64,000 bases of DNA from IMG/VR virus record IMGVR_UViG_3300027708_000063, positions 7,222 to 71,221 of that record; one strand, 5' to 3'. Numbering within the stretch: the first letter of the stretch is position 1; every line of letters begins with the position of its first letter. Shown here piece by piece: positions 49,013 to 57,604 of the stretch. Under the pieces are notes generated by a model that had not been told where the DNA came from, did not search any database, and saw nothing but the letters and a program-made list of their open reading frames with translations. This stretch comes from a virus. The translations under genes and the position numbers were made by a program.

Positions 49013-49354
49013 ATGAAACGAGTTCTAGCAGTTTTAGTATTAACATTGGTCACCTTGCCCGCAATGGCACAATGGCATCATCATGGATACGGTGGTTATC
49101 GTGGTGGCTATTATGGAGGTGGTGGCTGGGGCTGGGTAGCACCTGCTATTATCGGCGGTGCTGTAGTGTATGCTGCAACTAGACCGGATCCAGTGATTGT
49201 ACAGCAACCACCTATTATTGTACAGCAACCGCAGATTCCACAGGCTGGCCAGGTTATCCAATGCCCACAAGGTACTATGCCGTTTGAGCAACATGGTTGG
49301 GTTAGGAACCAGTACGGACAGTATGTACAAACTACCTACGTAGAGTGTAAGTAA
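49013..49354 (+). CDS. Small secreted/membrane Gly-His-rich protein
   Basis: Signal peptide, HHHGYGGYRGG, a hydrophobic segment, a Pro/Gln linker and two Cys. Confidence 0.65.
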   Translation: MKRVLAVLVLTLVTLPAMAQWHHHGYGGYRGGYYGGGGWGWVAPAIIGGAVVYAATRPDPVIVQQPPIIVQQPQIPQAGQVIQCPQGTMPFEQHGWVRNQYGQYVQTTYVECK

Positions 49355-49355
49355 G

Positions 49356-49493
49356 ATGGTTAATTTATTATTATTAGTAATAGTATTTGGTTTAATCGTA
49401 ATGTGGGCACGAGCAGTTGCTACATACGATTGGACAAAGTTTGAGGAAGATTCTAAGGGTGACGATTTTTTGAAACCCCATGATGATGTATGA
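49356..49493 (+). CDS. Small membrane protein (45 aa), not in the ORF track
   Basis: MVNLLLLVIVFGLIVMWARAVATYDWTKFEEDSKGDDFLKPHDDV*. Confidence 0.5.
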   Translation: MVNLLLLVIVFGLIVMWARAVATYDWTKFEEDSKGDDFLKPHDDV

Positions 49494-49494
49494 T

Positions 49495-49800
49495 GGTATG
49501 AAGTAGATTGAAACGGATTCAAGACCCGGGGGCAGTGCCCGGCATCTCCACCTAAGTGTATAATGTATATTTAGGTGGGGATGACACAGGATCGATTGGG
49601 TCAAGAGTAATGAAATGGACTGTCCGGCAATGTAGAAGCCGTTAGGATTGGAGGCATGATCTGAAGCAAGCTAGTCTTGACAGTAGGATTTTCCGGTCGA
49701 AGAAGCAAAAAACCTAAATGCAAACGATGCATACTTTGGAGAAGACCGCCTAGCAGCGTGATCTCCACGAGGTAGTTATACCTTGTAATCAAAAATAGCA
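49495..49800 (+). ncRNA. ssrA: Circularly permuted two-piece tmRNA with tag peptide (A)ANDAYFGEDRLAA
   Basis: The acceptor piece comes first: T-arm CCGGG-GGCAGTG-CCCGG then CATCTCC-A-CC (ends 49552). An intervening hairpin follows, then the 5' end GGGGATGA..GGATCGAT at 49577 with a G3-U70 pair. The resume-codon frame 49720-49761 ends LAA-TGA. Outer boundaries are approximate. Confidence 0.92.
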
Positions 49801-49830
49801 AAAAATGGCTATATTTTATAGCCATTTTTC
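49801..49830 (+). terminator. Terminator after the tmRNA
   Basis: Perfect inverted repeat aaaaatggctata-ttt-tatagccattttt. Confidence 0.75.
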
Positions 49831-49903
49831 TTGACACACTCATTAAAAGAGTAAATAATAGCTTATGATCATTTAAGATCATTCTTTAAAGGAAATTTCA
49901 TAT

Positions 49904-50458
49904 ATGAAGAAAATCGCAATCGCAACAGCCATCGCTCTAGCAGCTGGCCTAGCTTCTGCCGCTGATTACGTATCTGTTGATGTTGATGCAGTCACAGGTC
50001 TTAAGGGCGGAAAAGACAGCACAGCACAATATGTTCGTGCAGGTAAGAGCTTCGGTGACTATCAATTGGGTTTACAGTCTCGCACTGCTAACTTCAAAAC
50101 TGGTGGTTTGGTAAACAGCACAGAAGTAACTGCCGCTAACAACAAAGTTGCATTTGCTGGTGTTACTCCATTCGTTGGCATTGGACATGACAATGGCTTC
50201 AACGGTGTCAAGGGTTCTCCTTACACATACGGACTTGTTGGCGCTACTGCTGGCTTGCCAGTCGGCCCTGGCTTTGCACTAGCTGGTGTTAAGACTCGTG
50301 TAGGCAGTGATGAAGGCACCCGTACTAAACAAACAGTTGCATTTGCTACTTACAGCATTCCTGTTGCTAAGAACGTTTCAATTAACTTGAACGCAAGCAA
50401 GAGCTATCAAGACATCCGTGAAAACGCATTGGGCTTAGGTCTATCGGTTAATTTCTAA
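49904..50458 (+). CDS. Outer-membrane beta-barrel protein
   Basis: Signal peptide MKKIAIA..ASA, alternating amphipathic strands and a C-terminal LGLGLSVNF beta-signal. Confidence 0.75.
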   Translation: MKKIAIATAIALAAGLASAADYVSVDVDAVTGLKGGKDSTAQYVRAGKSFGDYQLGLQSRTANFKTGGLVNSTEVTAANNKVAFAGVTPFVGIGHDNGFNGVKGSPYTYGLVGATAGLPVGPGFALAGVKTRVGSDEGTRTKQTVAFATYSIPVAKNVSINLNASKSYQDIRENALGLGLSVNF

Positions 50459-50476
50459 TATTTTAGAAAACTAATT

Positions 50477-50502
50477 AAACCCGCTTCGGCGGGTTTTCTT
50501 TT
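50477..50502 (+). terminator. Rho-independent terminator
   Basis: aaacccgc-ttcg-gcgggttt followed by a T-rich tail. Confidence 0.9.
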
Positions 50503-50516
50503 GGTAAAAATTCCGG

Positions 50517-50545
50517 TTGCACTGATACTGGATTTACCGTATAAT
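50517..50545 (+). promoter_or_regulatory. Sigma70-type promoter
   Basis: TTGCAC -17 bp- TATAAT. Confidence 0.7.
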
Positions 50546-50576
50546 ATTAATATAGACATACACATTAGGAGATTCT

Positions 50577-50906
50577 ATGAACGCTGAAAACACATTGATC
50601 AAAGTTAAACAACATTGCCTAGCCGATAGTGGTGATGAGCAGATTTGGACCAACAAAGGCACCACCTATCATTGGAATCGCGGCAAGGATACTGCAAGTG
50701 GTTTAATCAATGGTGTAGTACGAAAGTTAGCTGGCATTGATGCTAATGGTGCAAAGATTTGGGTAGTAGCTGGAAGTATTAAGATTGCACCAAATGGTGT
50801 GATCCAACGCTGGACAGGTTTGCCACGCAAGATTCAGTTGACATTTGAGCCACATTCATCTAATACAACTAACCCTATTGACTTTCCTCAACTAGAAACT
50901 GTTTAA
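50577..50906 (+). CDS. Hypothetical early protein
   Basis: RBS aggag, downstream of a sigma70 promoter. Confidence 0.65.
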   Translation: MNAENTLIKVKQHCLADSGDEQIWTNKGTTYHWNRGKDTASGLINGVVRKLAGIDANGAKIWVVAGSIKIAPNGVIQRWTGLPRKIQLTFEPHSSNTTNPIDFPQLETV

Positions 50907-50907
50907 T

Positions 50908-51288
50908 ATGACAATGCATCTCGAAGGACCTTGGCTTAGTACTGTTGGTAAGAAACGTGGCAAGATCAAGTTTCGTAATGCTGAAGAGGCAAAGAAGGCC
51001 CGCGAACTCGATGAGTCGTGGAAACAGCTACAGAAGAAATGGGTTGTAGAAGCCGAAGACAAGAAACGCAAGCGAGCCATGTCAGCTGAACCGTTGGTCT
51101 ATACATTGTCAGGCCGTGAGACTACTCGTATGCCCAGCCGAGGCGATGGAACAGGTGTTGCTTCTCTTAAACCTGTACAAATGTATACGGGTGAGGAAAT
51201 GTTGGGGATTGGCCAATTACACAAGAGTAATGCCATACCAATTTTTCGACAACAAGACGCAGAAGATCTATCTAAGATGCGCCGATAA
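50908..51288 (+). CDS. Hypothetical phage protein
   Basis: 'MHLEGPWLST.GK' and C-terminal 'YTG..M.GI..LHKSNAIPIF....A...S.MRR'. Confidence 0.7.
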   Translation: MTMHLEGPWLSTVGKKRGKIKFRNAEEAKKARELDESWKQLQKKWVVEAEDKKRKRAMSAEPLVYTLSGRETTRMPSRGDGTGVASLKPVQMYTGEEMLGIGQLHKSNAIPIFRQQDAEDLSKMRR

Positions 51289-51296
51289 ATATTCTT

Positions 51297-52682
51297 ATGA
51301 AACCAACATTAAATGAAAAGTTCCTTGCATACCTAGCACTGTTCAGCGGACTGTTCCTATCATTGGTCGCAGAGTACTACAGTATTCTCGGCCTTACCGC
51401 CATTTTCTCTGCCGCAGTTATCCCTGTGATCATCATGGGTATTGCACTCGGCCTAGGTAAAGTCACTGCTACACTATGGCTCAAACAAAATTGGAGTATT
51501 GCTCCATGGACCATGCGTGGCTATCTATTTGCCGCTATCATAGTTCTTATGATGGTTACCAGTATGGGTATCTTTGGCTTCTTGAGCAAAGCACACAGTG
51601 ACCAAAGCCTAGTCAGTGGTGATGTACAGGCTAAAATCAGTGTGTATGATGAAAAAATTAAAACAGCAAAGGACAATATAGATGCAAACCGTAAGGCGCT
51701 TAAACAGCTCGATGAGGCTGTGGATCAAGTCATGGGTCGCAGTAACGACGAAAAGGGTGCCGAAAAGTCGGTTGCTATTCGGAGGTCCCAACAGAAAGAG
51801 CGTACTCGCTTACAAGAGGAAATCGCCGCCTACCAGAAAACAGTTAGTAGCCTTAATGAAGAGCGTGCGCCAATCGCGGCGGAAGTCCGTAAAGTAGAAG
51901 CCGAAGTAGGACCAATCAAATACATAGCAGCCTTTGTCTATGGTGAGACCAATGAAGGCATATTAGAGAAGGCAGTGACCTGGGTTATCATTACACTGAT
52001 TGTAGTGTTCGATCCTATGGCTGTTATCCTATTGTTGTCTAGTCAAATCAGTTTCCAAAACTTCCGAGAGCGTGAAAAAGAAGATAAGTTTGCAGAATGG
52101 ACTGAAGATGACTTTGACCAGATTGCAGAAGATAATTTATCGCTGTATGAATTTGAGGAGGGTAACAGCCCACTAGGGCCGGTTGTTGATGTAGTCTCCC
52201 CGGAACCCACTGTCACACAATCTAATCCACACCCTATAGGTTGGATGTTTAATGAAATACCTGTGCCATATCCTAGCACAGAATCAGAAGTTGAAGAAGT
52301 TATAGAAGCGTTAACTTCTGTAAAAGAACAATCTATTTTAGAACAACATCCCTATCTAACTAAGAAGTTTGAACACTTTGAAAATCTCAAGCCTTTAGTA
52401 ATGCAAATTGAAAAGTTTGACGAGCCAGTTATTAACGACACTTATCTAGATGAGCCGCTGTTCGTTCAGAATGAAGAACAACGTGAAAGTGATCTTTGGT
52501 CATCAACGATTGAGTCAATCACCAAAGAGGAATACCAAGAAGCTGCTGCTATTAATTTAGATCCTCATAATGATGCACCTCATCCAGAAATTGCTGAATA
52601 TATTGATCTCGTAAAATCTAAAAGAATGGCATTAAAAGATGTGCCCGAAGAATACCTATTGGCCGTTAAGGCAAGGATGTAA
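51297..52682 (+). CDS. Membrane protein with a coiled-coil domain and an acidic tail
   Basis: Three N-terminal TM helices, a coiled coil, 'EVGPIKYIA', then a TM 'VFDPMAV.LL'. Confidence 0.7.
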   Translation: MKPTLNEKFLAYLALFSGLFLSLVAEYYSILGLTAIFSAAVIPVIIMGIALGLGKVTATLWLKQNWSIAPWTMRGYLFAAIIVLMMVTSMGIFGFLSKAHSDQSLVSGDVQAKISVYDEKIKTAKDNIDANRKALKQLDEAVDQVMGRSNDEKGAEKSVAIRRSQQKERTRLQEEIAAYQKTVSSLNEERAPIAAEVRKVEAEVGPIKYIAAFVYGETNEGILEKAVTWVIITLIVVFDPMAVILLLSSQISFQNFREREKEDKFAEWTEDDFDQIAEDNLSLYEFEEGNSPLGPVVDVVSPEPTVTQSNPHPIGWMFNEIPVPYPSTESEVEEVIEALTSVKEQSILEQHPYLTKKFEHFENLKPLVMQIEKFDEPVINDTYLDEPLFVQNEEQRESDLWSSTIESITKEEYQEAAAINLDPHNDAPHPEIAEYIDLVKSKRMALKDVPEEYLLAVKARM

Positions 52683-53083
52683 TGGATAATAGAATAACAC
52701 TGATCACGCCACCTGATATTTTTGAGAATGAATCTTACAGTATCCTTTTTATACATCTTAGTGAAAAAGACCAGACTACTGTAAGTAAATGGCTAGCCGA
52801 CGCTAACCTTACTGAACACATTAATATATATTTTTATGATCATGATATAGACATCAGCTGGCTTTTTTATGCAATGGCTAGATGTGAATATAAGTACATA
52901 GACTTAAACGGTCTTAACTATGCAACTACTGCTCTAAGCGGGTATATCGTAGGCAAGAAAAATACCTGTTATAGATGCAGTGATGAAAATGCTTCGGCAG
53001 TTTATCACTATATCAATCAAAACAGGATAACTACTGTTGAACAATTTTTAGAAAGAGCATTACATGACAAAATCGGACGTTAA
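52682..53083 (+). CDS. Hypothetical protein
   Basis: 'ITLITPPD' start, with overlaps coupling it to both neighbours. Confidence 0.6.
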   Translation: MDNRITLITPPDIFENESYSILFIHLSEKDQTTVSKWLADANLTEHINIYFYDHDIDISWLFYAMARCEYKYIDLNGLNYATTALSGYIVGKKNTCYRCSDENASAVYHYINQNRITTVEQFLERALHDKIGR

Positions 53084-54296
53084 ACATAAGTGCGATTTTT
53101 GCGACAAGAGCAAAGAAGAAGTTGAAAAGCTCATTGTAGGCGACCATGCCTCAATTTGTAATGATTGTATTGAGCTATGTATTGATATACTTAACGATGA
53201 AAAAGTAAAAACTTTTCCCAATATCAATAAACTTTTAAATCCTGTATTAATCAAAGATTTCTTAGACGAGTATGTCATAGGTCAAGACGATGCTAAGATT
53301 AGTCTAAGTGTAGCAGTTAGCCAACATTTTAAACGTGTCAATAATCCCAATAAAGATATTGAATTAGAAAAGACCAATGTATTGTTGCTGGGGCCTACGG
53401 GCTGTGGCAAAACAATGATGGCACGTAAGATTGCACAGTATCTAGACTTGCCATTTGCCATATGTGATGCTACTGGTATTACAGAAGCAGGGTATGTAGG
53501 TGATGACGTTGAAAGTATTCTTACACGATTGATCAATGAAGCTGACGGCGATATTGAAAAGGCAACTCGCGGAATTGTATATATTGACGAGATCGACAAG
53601 ATCAGTCGCAAGGGAGAGAGCGCCAGCATTACACGTGATGTCAGTGGAGAAGGTGTGCAACAAGCACTGCTGAAAATGATTGAAGGTAGTATCATGCGTA
53701 TCCCCAGCACGGGCAAACGCAAACATCCTGGTACAGACATGCAAGAAATTGATACACGCAGTATATTGTTTATATGTGGGGGGGCCTTTGTAGGCATTGA
53801 AAAAATTATCAAACAACGTACAGGTGCTAGAAGTGTAGGCTTTCATGCTAACGTGGAAAACTTGGACAAGGATGATAATGTTTATAAAGATGTGACTACT
53901 AAGGACTTGATTAAGTTTGGACTCATTCCTGAGTTCGTGGGACGTTTTGGACTTATTACACACGTTGATGAGCTAGACGAGACACAATTGGTTAATATTT
54001 TAAAAGAAACTAAGAATAGTCCGATCAAACAATATCAGTATATGTTTGAGCTAGACGGAATTAAATTACAATTTGACAATACTGCCCTACTGGAAATTGC
54101 ACACAGAGCCAAAGAACTCAAAACCAATGCTCGTGGGTTGAAAAATATTATTGAAAAAGTATTGTTGCCTTATCAATTTGATGCTGTAAATCTTGTAGAG
54201 CGAGGTTTAACAGGAATTCGGATAACTAAAGATACTATCGATGGCATACCAGCCATAATGATTTTTGATAAAAAGAAAAATGAGCAAAAACAATAA
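53064..54296 (+). CDS. clpX: ATP-dependent Clp protease ATPase subunit ClpX
   Basis: C4 zinc-binding domain (CDFC...ICNDC), Walker A GPTGCGKT, GYVG pore loop, IDEIDK, RDVSGEGVQQ, RKHP, VGF loop and NARGL. Confidence 0.97.
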   Translation: MTKSDVKHKCDFCDKSKEEVEKLIVGDHASICNDCIELCIDILNDEKVKTFPNINKLLNPVLIKDFLDEYVIGQDDAKISLSVAVSQHFKRVNNPNKDIELEKTNVLLLGPTGCGKTMMARKIAQYLDLPFAICDATGITEAGYVGDDVESILTRLINEADGDIEKATRGIVYIDEIDKISRKGESASITRDVSGEGVQQALLKMIEGSIMRIPSTGKRKHPGTDMQEIDTRSILFICGGAFVGIEKIIKQRTGARSVGFHANVENLDKDDNVYKDVTTKDLIKFGLIPEFVGRFGLITHVDELDETQLVNILKETKNSPIKQYQYMFELDGIKLQFDNTALLEIAHRAKELKTNARGLKNIIEKVLLPYQFDAVNLVERGLTGIRITKDTIDGIPAIMIFDKKKNEQKQ

Positions 54297-54516
54297 ACCC
54301 TTAATGGGCAATAAGGTTATCGTTGGCGACATGCCCTTAAACGTAGCACTTAGAAAATTTAAACAGAAAGTGGATGACTCTGGCATTTTGGAAACAGTTA
54401 GAGCTAACATGTTCTACGAAAAACCAACCACTACCAAAAAGCGTAAAAAAGGCGCTGCTCGTGCCCGTTGGCTTAAAAAGATCAACGATCAATCGTTGCC
54501 CAAGAAAAACTATTGA
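54280..54516 (+). CDS. rpsU: Ribosomal protein bS21
   Basis: 'ALRKFKQKV..SGIL...R...FYEKPT..KKRKK.AA..R' signature. ATG at 54280. Confidence 0.9.
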   Translation: MSKNNKPLMGNKVIVGDMPLNVALRKFKQKVDDSGILETVRANMFYEKPTTTKKRKKGAARARWLKKINDQSLPKKNY

Positions 54517-54541
54517 CAAACTCCTATTTTCCTGCTATAAT
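54513..54541 (+). promoter_or_regulatory. Sigma70-type promoter
   Basis: TTGACA -17 bp- TATAAT. The ATG is 6 nt downstream. Confidence 0.85.
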
Positions 54542-54547
54542 TAAAGC

Positions 54548-54781
54548 ATGGAAAATACAAAACCCAAAATTACTTTTGCCCCTGGTTGCTTTGATACATT
54601 TGAAGGAACACAGGACGAACTCGACGAGTTGATTGCTGATATTACAAAACAGATCGAATCTGGAGAGATTGAACCCATTCCTATCGATATCGACGAATTG
54701 ATGGAAGAAGATCCAATATATGCAGAAAAGATTTTGCGTAGTCTACGAGAAGATGCAACTGCAACTAGGGTCTTGCAATAA
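54548..54781 (+). CDS. Small acidic hypothetical protein
   Basis: 'FAPGCFD.FEGTQDELD.L'. Confidence 0.65.
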   Translation: MENTKPKITFAPGCFDTFEGTQDELDELIADITKQIESGEIEPIPIDIDELMEEDPIYAEKILRSLREDATATRVLQ

Positions 54782-55311
54782 TGGCAAAACATTTAATGAT
54801 TGATATGGAGACCATGGCAGTCTCTCCAAACGCTGTAGTCCTATCATTGGGAGCAGTACATTTTAATCCTTGGGGAAATGGATATGGTGAAAAGATCTAT
54901 TTTAAAATTGATCTCGATGACCAAGACAAGCTAGGTCGCGAAATTGATCCTAACACACTTGAATGGTGGAGTCGGCAGGATCCTGCTATTATGGAAGAAG
55001 CATTCAGTGAAGAAGGACGTATTCCTTTAGCGGATGCTATGAATCAGTTCCATAAGTTTGCTTGGGGATGTGATGCATTTTGGAGTCACGGTGCTACATT
55101 CGATTTGGTTATTATCGAAAACATCTATCGTCAGTTGGGCAAGGGTTTACCGTGGCAATACTGGCAACTGCGAGATACTCGAACACTGTTTGATTTGGGA
55201 TACGATCCAGACATGCCTAAAGGTGGTCTTCACGATGCCCTACAGGATGCTATCCGACAATCAGTCGGTGTCCAAAATATCTATGCTAAAATGAAAATTC
55301 GTCCAAAGTAA
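54781..55311 (+). CDS. DEDDh 3'-5' exo(ribo)nuclease (Rv2179c/ExoVIII-like)
   Basis: 'MIDMET', 'WSHGATFD', 'RDTRT' and 'HDALQDA'. Confidence 0.88.
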   Translation: MAKHLMIDMETMAVSPNAVVLSLGAVHFNPWGNGYGEKIYFKIDLDDQDKLGREIDPNTLEWWSRQDPAIMEEAFSEEGRIPLADAMNQFHKFAWGCDAFWSHGATFDLVIIENIYRQLGKGLPWQYWQLRDTRTLFDLGYDPDMPKGGLHDALQDAIRQSVGVQNIYAKMKIRPK

Positions 55312-55312
55312 G

Positions 55313-55341
55313 TTGACAGGATCTAAGAATCCTGTTATAAT
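55313..55341 (+). promoter_or_regulatory. Sigma70-type promoter with an inverted repeat spanning the spacer (possible operator)
   Basis: TTGACA -17 bp- TATAAT, containing ACAGGAT-ctaaga-ATCCTGT. Confidence 0.8.
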
Positions 55342-55420
55342 TAATATAGGTTGAAATAGAAGTAAACCGAAACATAGTTTATTAACCGCTGAAATCTTAA
55401 GTAAGCATAAAGGAAATATA

Positions 55421-56602
55421 ATGAAAACTCACACAACTAAGGTTAAGCCTTATAACAAAAAAGAATCAATTAATGCATTTGTAAAATCTTACAAAGTGCC
55501 GTTTGAAATGAAGGATGATGCAGTTGATCTCCGTGAGATGGCTAAAAATTATCCAAATGATATCATTCCCTTGGAAGATATCCAAAAAGCAATCACTACC
55601 GTTATCGGACCACGATACAATATTCTTAAGACTCCATATGATCCTAGCGGCGGAGCAACTATTCATTATCCCAACCCAGCTACAAGTCCAAGATTTGGTT
55701 ATGTCGACTGGGAGGACCTTTACCTCTGGCCTATTTTTCAGCGTGACGTTGCTCCTAATCATGTAGAAAAAATTTACAAAGATTTTGATCATACTGCTGT
55801 AATTGTACCGTGTGCTATTAAACTTACACTAAAAAACGGAAAGACTATTTACTGTATCTGGGACGGACATCATACTACACAGGTTTGTCGCTTAGAAGGA
55901 TATTCTAAGTTTCCAGTATGGTATATTGACATTGACCATATTTCTAACGAAACATTAGAAGAAGCAGGATTTGGAATTACTGACGACGAGCGTATCAAGT
56001 ATGGTGCATTTATTGCAGGTACTAACATGCGTCGAATTAACGGTAAGAACAAGCGTCCGTTAAGCGCATATGATGATTTCTTGATCGGTGTTGAAACCAA
56101 AGACAAACAGTATGTTAGCATGATGAATATTTTGACTAAACACACCTGTGTTCCAAAACGTCATGCTACAATGGCAGGTGCATTTACACAAATTAAGTCT
56201 GGCATCGAATGTTACGAACTTGCTGACGACAACGGTACTAAAGGTACATTCTGGGATCGTGCTCTAAAGTTTCACCGAACTAACTGGCCCGCAGCACCCC
56301 TGACATTAGAAGTATTTCGACCAATGAGTTATCTGTATCATCGTTCGGCATTAGAAGGGTTTAACCTCACTCCTGCGTTTGATAAAGAACTAGCCTCTAT
56401 GTTGATTAACAAATGGGGCGATGCAGACAGCATACAAGAAGGTATCAAGGAAAGCTATTGGAAAGCCTATACCTCTACTAAAGTTAAAGGTGACATTCCT
56501 GAGCATGACAAAGACCGTGTTCTTAATGGATTGATCAATTTCTATACACAAAGTGGCGGCAAGACATTATTGCCTAGTCCAACATGCCAGTGGAAGGTTT
56601 AA
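55421..56602 (+). CDS. ParB/Srx-like N-terminal domain protein
   Basis: 'FQRDV..NHV..I...FD' and 'IWDGHHT' (DGxH ParB-like motif). Strong RBS. Confidence 0.6.
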   Translation: MKTHTTKVKPYNKKESINAFVKSYKVPFEMKDDAVDLREMAKNYPNDIIPLEDIQKAITTVIGPRYNILKTPYDPSGGATIHYPNPATSPRFGYVDWEDLYLWPIFQRDVAPNHVEKIYKDFDHTAVIVPCAIKLTLKNGKTIYCIWDGHHTTQVCRLEGYSKFPVWYIDIDHISNETLEEAGFGITDDERIKYGAFIAGTNMRRINGKNKRPLSAYDDFLIGVETKDKQYVSMMNILTKHTCVPKRHATMAGAFTQIKSGIECYELADDNGTKGTFWDRALKFHRTNWPAAPLTLEVFRPMSYLYHRSALEGFNLTPAFDKELASMLINKWGDADSIQEGIKESYWKAYTSTKVKGDIPEHDKDRVLNGLINFYTQSGGKTLLPSPTCQWKV

Positions 56603-56603
56603 T

Positions 56604-57119
56604 ATGTTAATTGATATTTCTAAAGTTTCGACACATACTATTGATCTTTGTAATTTTTTGAAACCGTATGATATTGTAAAATACATGAAGAAGAATAATA
56701 TTATTTCTTATGTATATGCTTTTATCTACCATAAAACTATTATGAAGTACGGCGTTCATTACGATCTTGCAAAAGGTGTACATGGTGAGAGGATATATAG
56801 ACAATCTTTCCATATTCCTGGCTGGCCAAGGCAAGCTAGCCCAAACAGCGCAGGAAATGACATGTTAGATGTCCTTGTTCATTTTCCAGGAATTAATAAA
56901 AATTCAGTGTCTATCCAAATTTGGGACATGTCACTTTATCCAAGGGCATCGTCAATTAACACTAAGTTCGAAGTTAATCAGTTAGAGAGACAGTTAATTA
57001 AAAGTCACATTGAATTAGTGGGATACAAACCAGTAGGTAATATTAAAGACGAAAGTCATATGGATTTTAAATCCATAGTAACAGACCAACAATTTGGTAG
57101 CTTGTTCGATCATGAATAA
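56604..57119 (+). CDS. Divergent GIY-YIG-like nuclease
   Basis: 'YVYAF...MKYG...ERIYRQ...LERQLI......KPVGN' pattern. ATG at 56604. Confidence 0.45.
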   Translation: MLIDISKVSTHTIDLCNFLKPYDIVKYMKKNNIISYVYAFIYHKTIMKYGVHYDLAKGVHGERIYRQSFHIPGWPRQASPNSAGNDMLDVLVHFPGINKNSVSIQIWDMSLYPRASSINTKFEVNQLERQLIKSHIELVGYKPVGNIKDESHMDFKSIVTDQQFGSLFDHE

Positions 57120-57516
57120 TCAAAAACTATTTTATATCTTCAAAGATCCGATGGGGGCTATTGATAGCAAGATCGGTATCACTGGTCATCCTGCTGTACG
57201 ACTAGGTGTTTATCAAAATAGCTATAGCCGAAAGAGCCACGTGGCATGTTTTGATGTAGTATACATTGGGCCAGCTCGAGCAATTGCTAGTTTAGAAAAA
57301 GCAGTAAAGCAACAGTTTGATTGGAATATTGAGCGCGACGGCCGAGGAACAAGCGAATGGATTAATCAAACATATACAACTATTGAAGCACAAATTGATA
57401 CATTGATTGACGGATACAAGTTTAAGATACAAAAAGTGCCTAAAAAATATTTGCCATTGACTGTAGATAATCTGGAACAATTCCTTATTGAAATTGTTAA
57501 CGACCCTAAATCCTAA
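57112..57516 (+). CDS. GIY-YIG/T5orf172-like nuclease
   Basis: 'FYIF......KIGIT..P..RL..YQ', 'LEK..K..F' and 'SEW'. Confidence 0.65.
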   Translation: MNNQKLFYIFKDPMGAIDSKIGITGHPAVRLGVYQNSYSRKSHVACFDVVYIGPARAIASLEKAVKQQFDWNIERDGRGTSEWINQTYTTIEAQIDTLIDGYKFKIQKVPKKYLPLTVDNLEQFLIEIVNDPKS

Positions 57517-57543
57517 ACTAGGGTAATTTAAACATACTAGTTC

Positions 57544-57572
57544 TTGACAGCTATACAGTTTTCCTATATAAT
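57544..57572 (+). promoter_or_regulatory. Sigma70-type promoter
   Basis: TTGACA -17 bp- TATAAT. Confidence 0.8.
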
Positions 57573-57604
57573 TAACACATGTTCAAAAACAAGGATTTAT
57601 CTTA

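Noticed and set aside
49524-49552. Stand-alone tRNA
   Set aside because: There is no anticodon arm, and it is explained as the acceptor piece of the permuted tmRNA. I recognised no canonical tRNA genes in the window.
49392-49882. Minus-strand ORFs of 70 and 93 aa
   Set aside because: They are antisense to the tmRNA and have no RBS or recognisable motifs.
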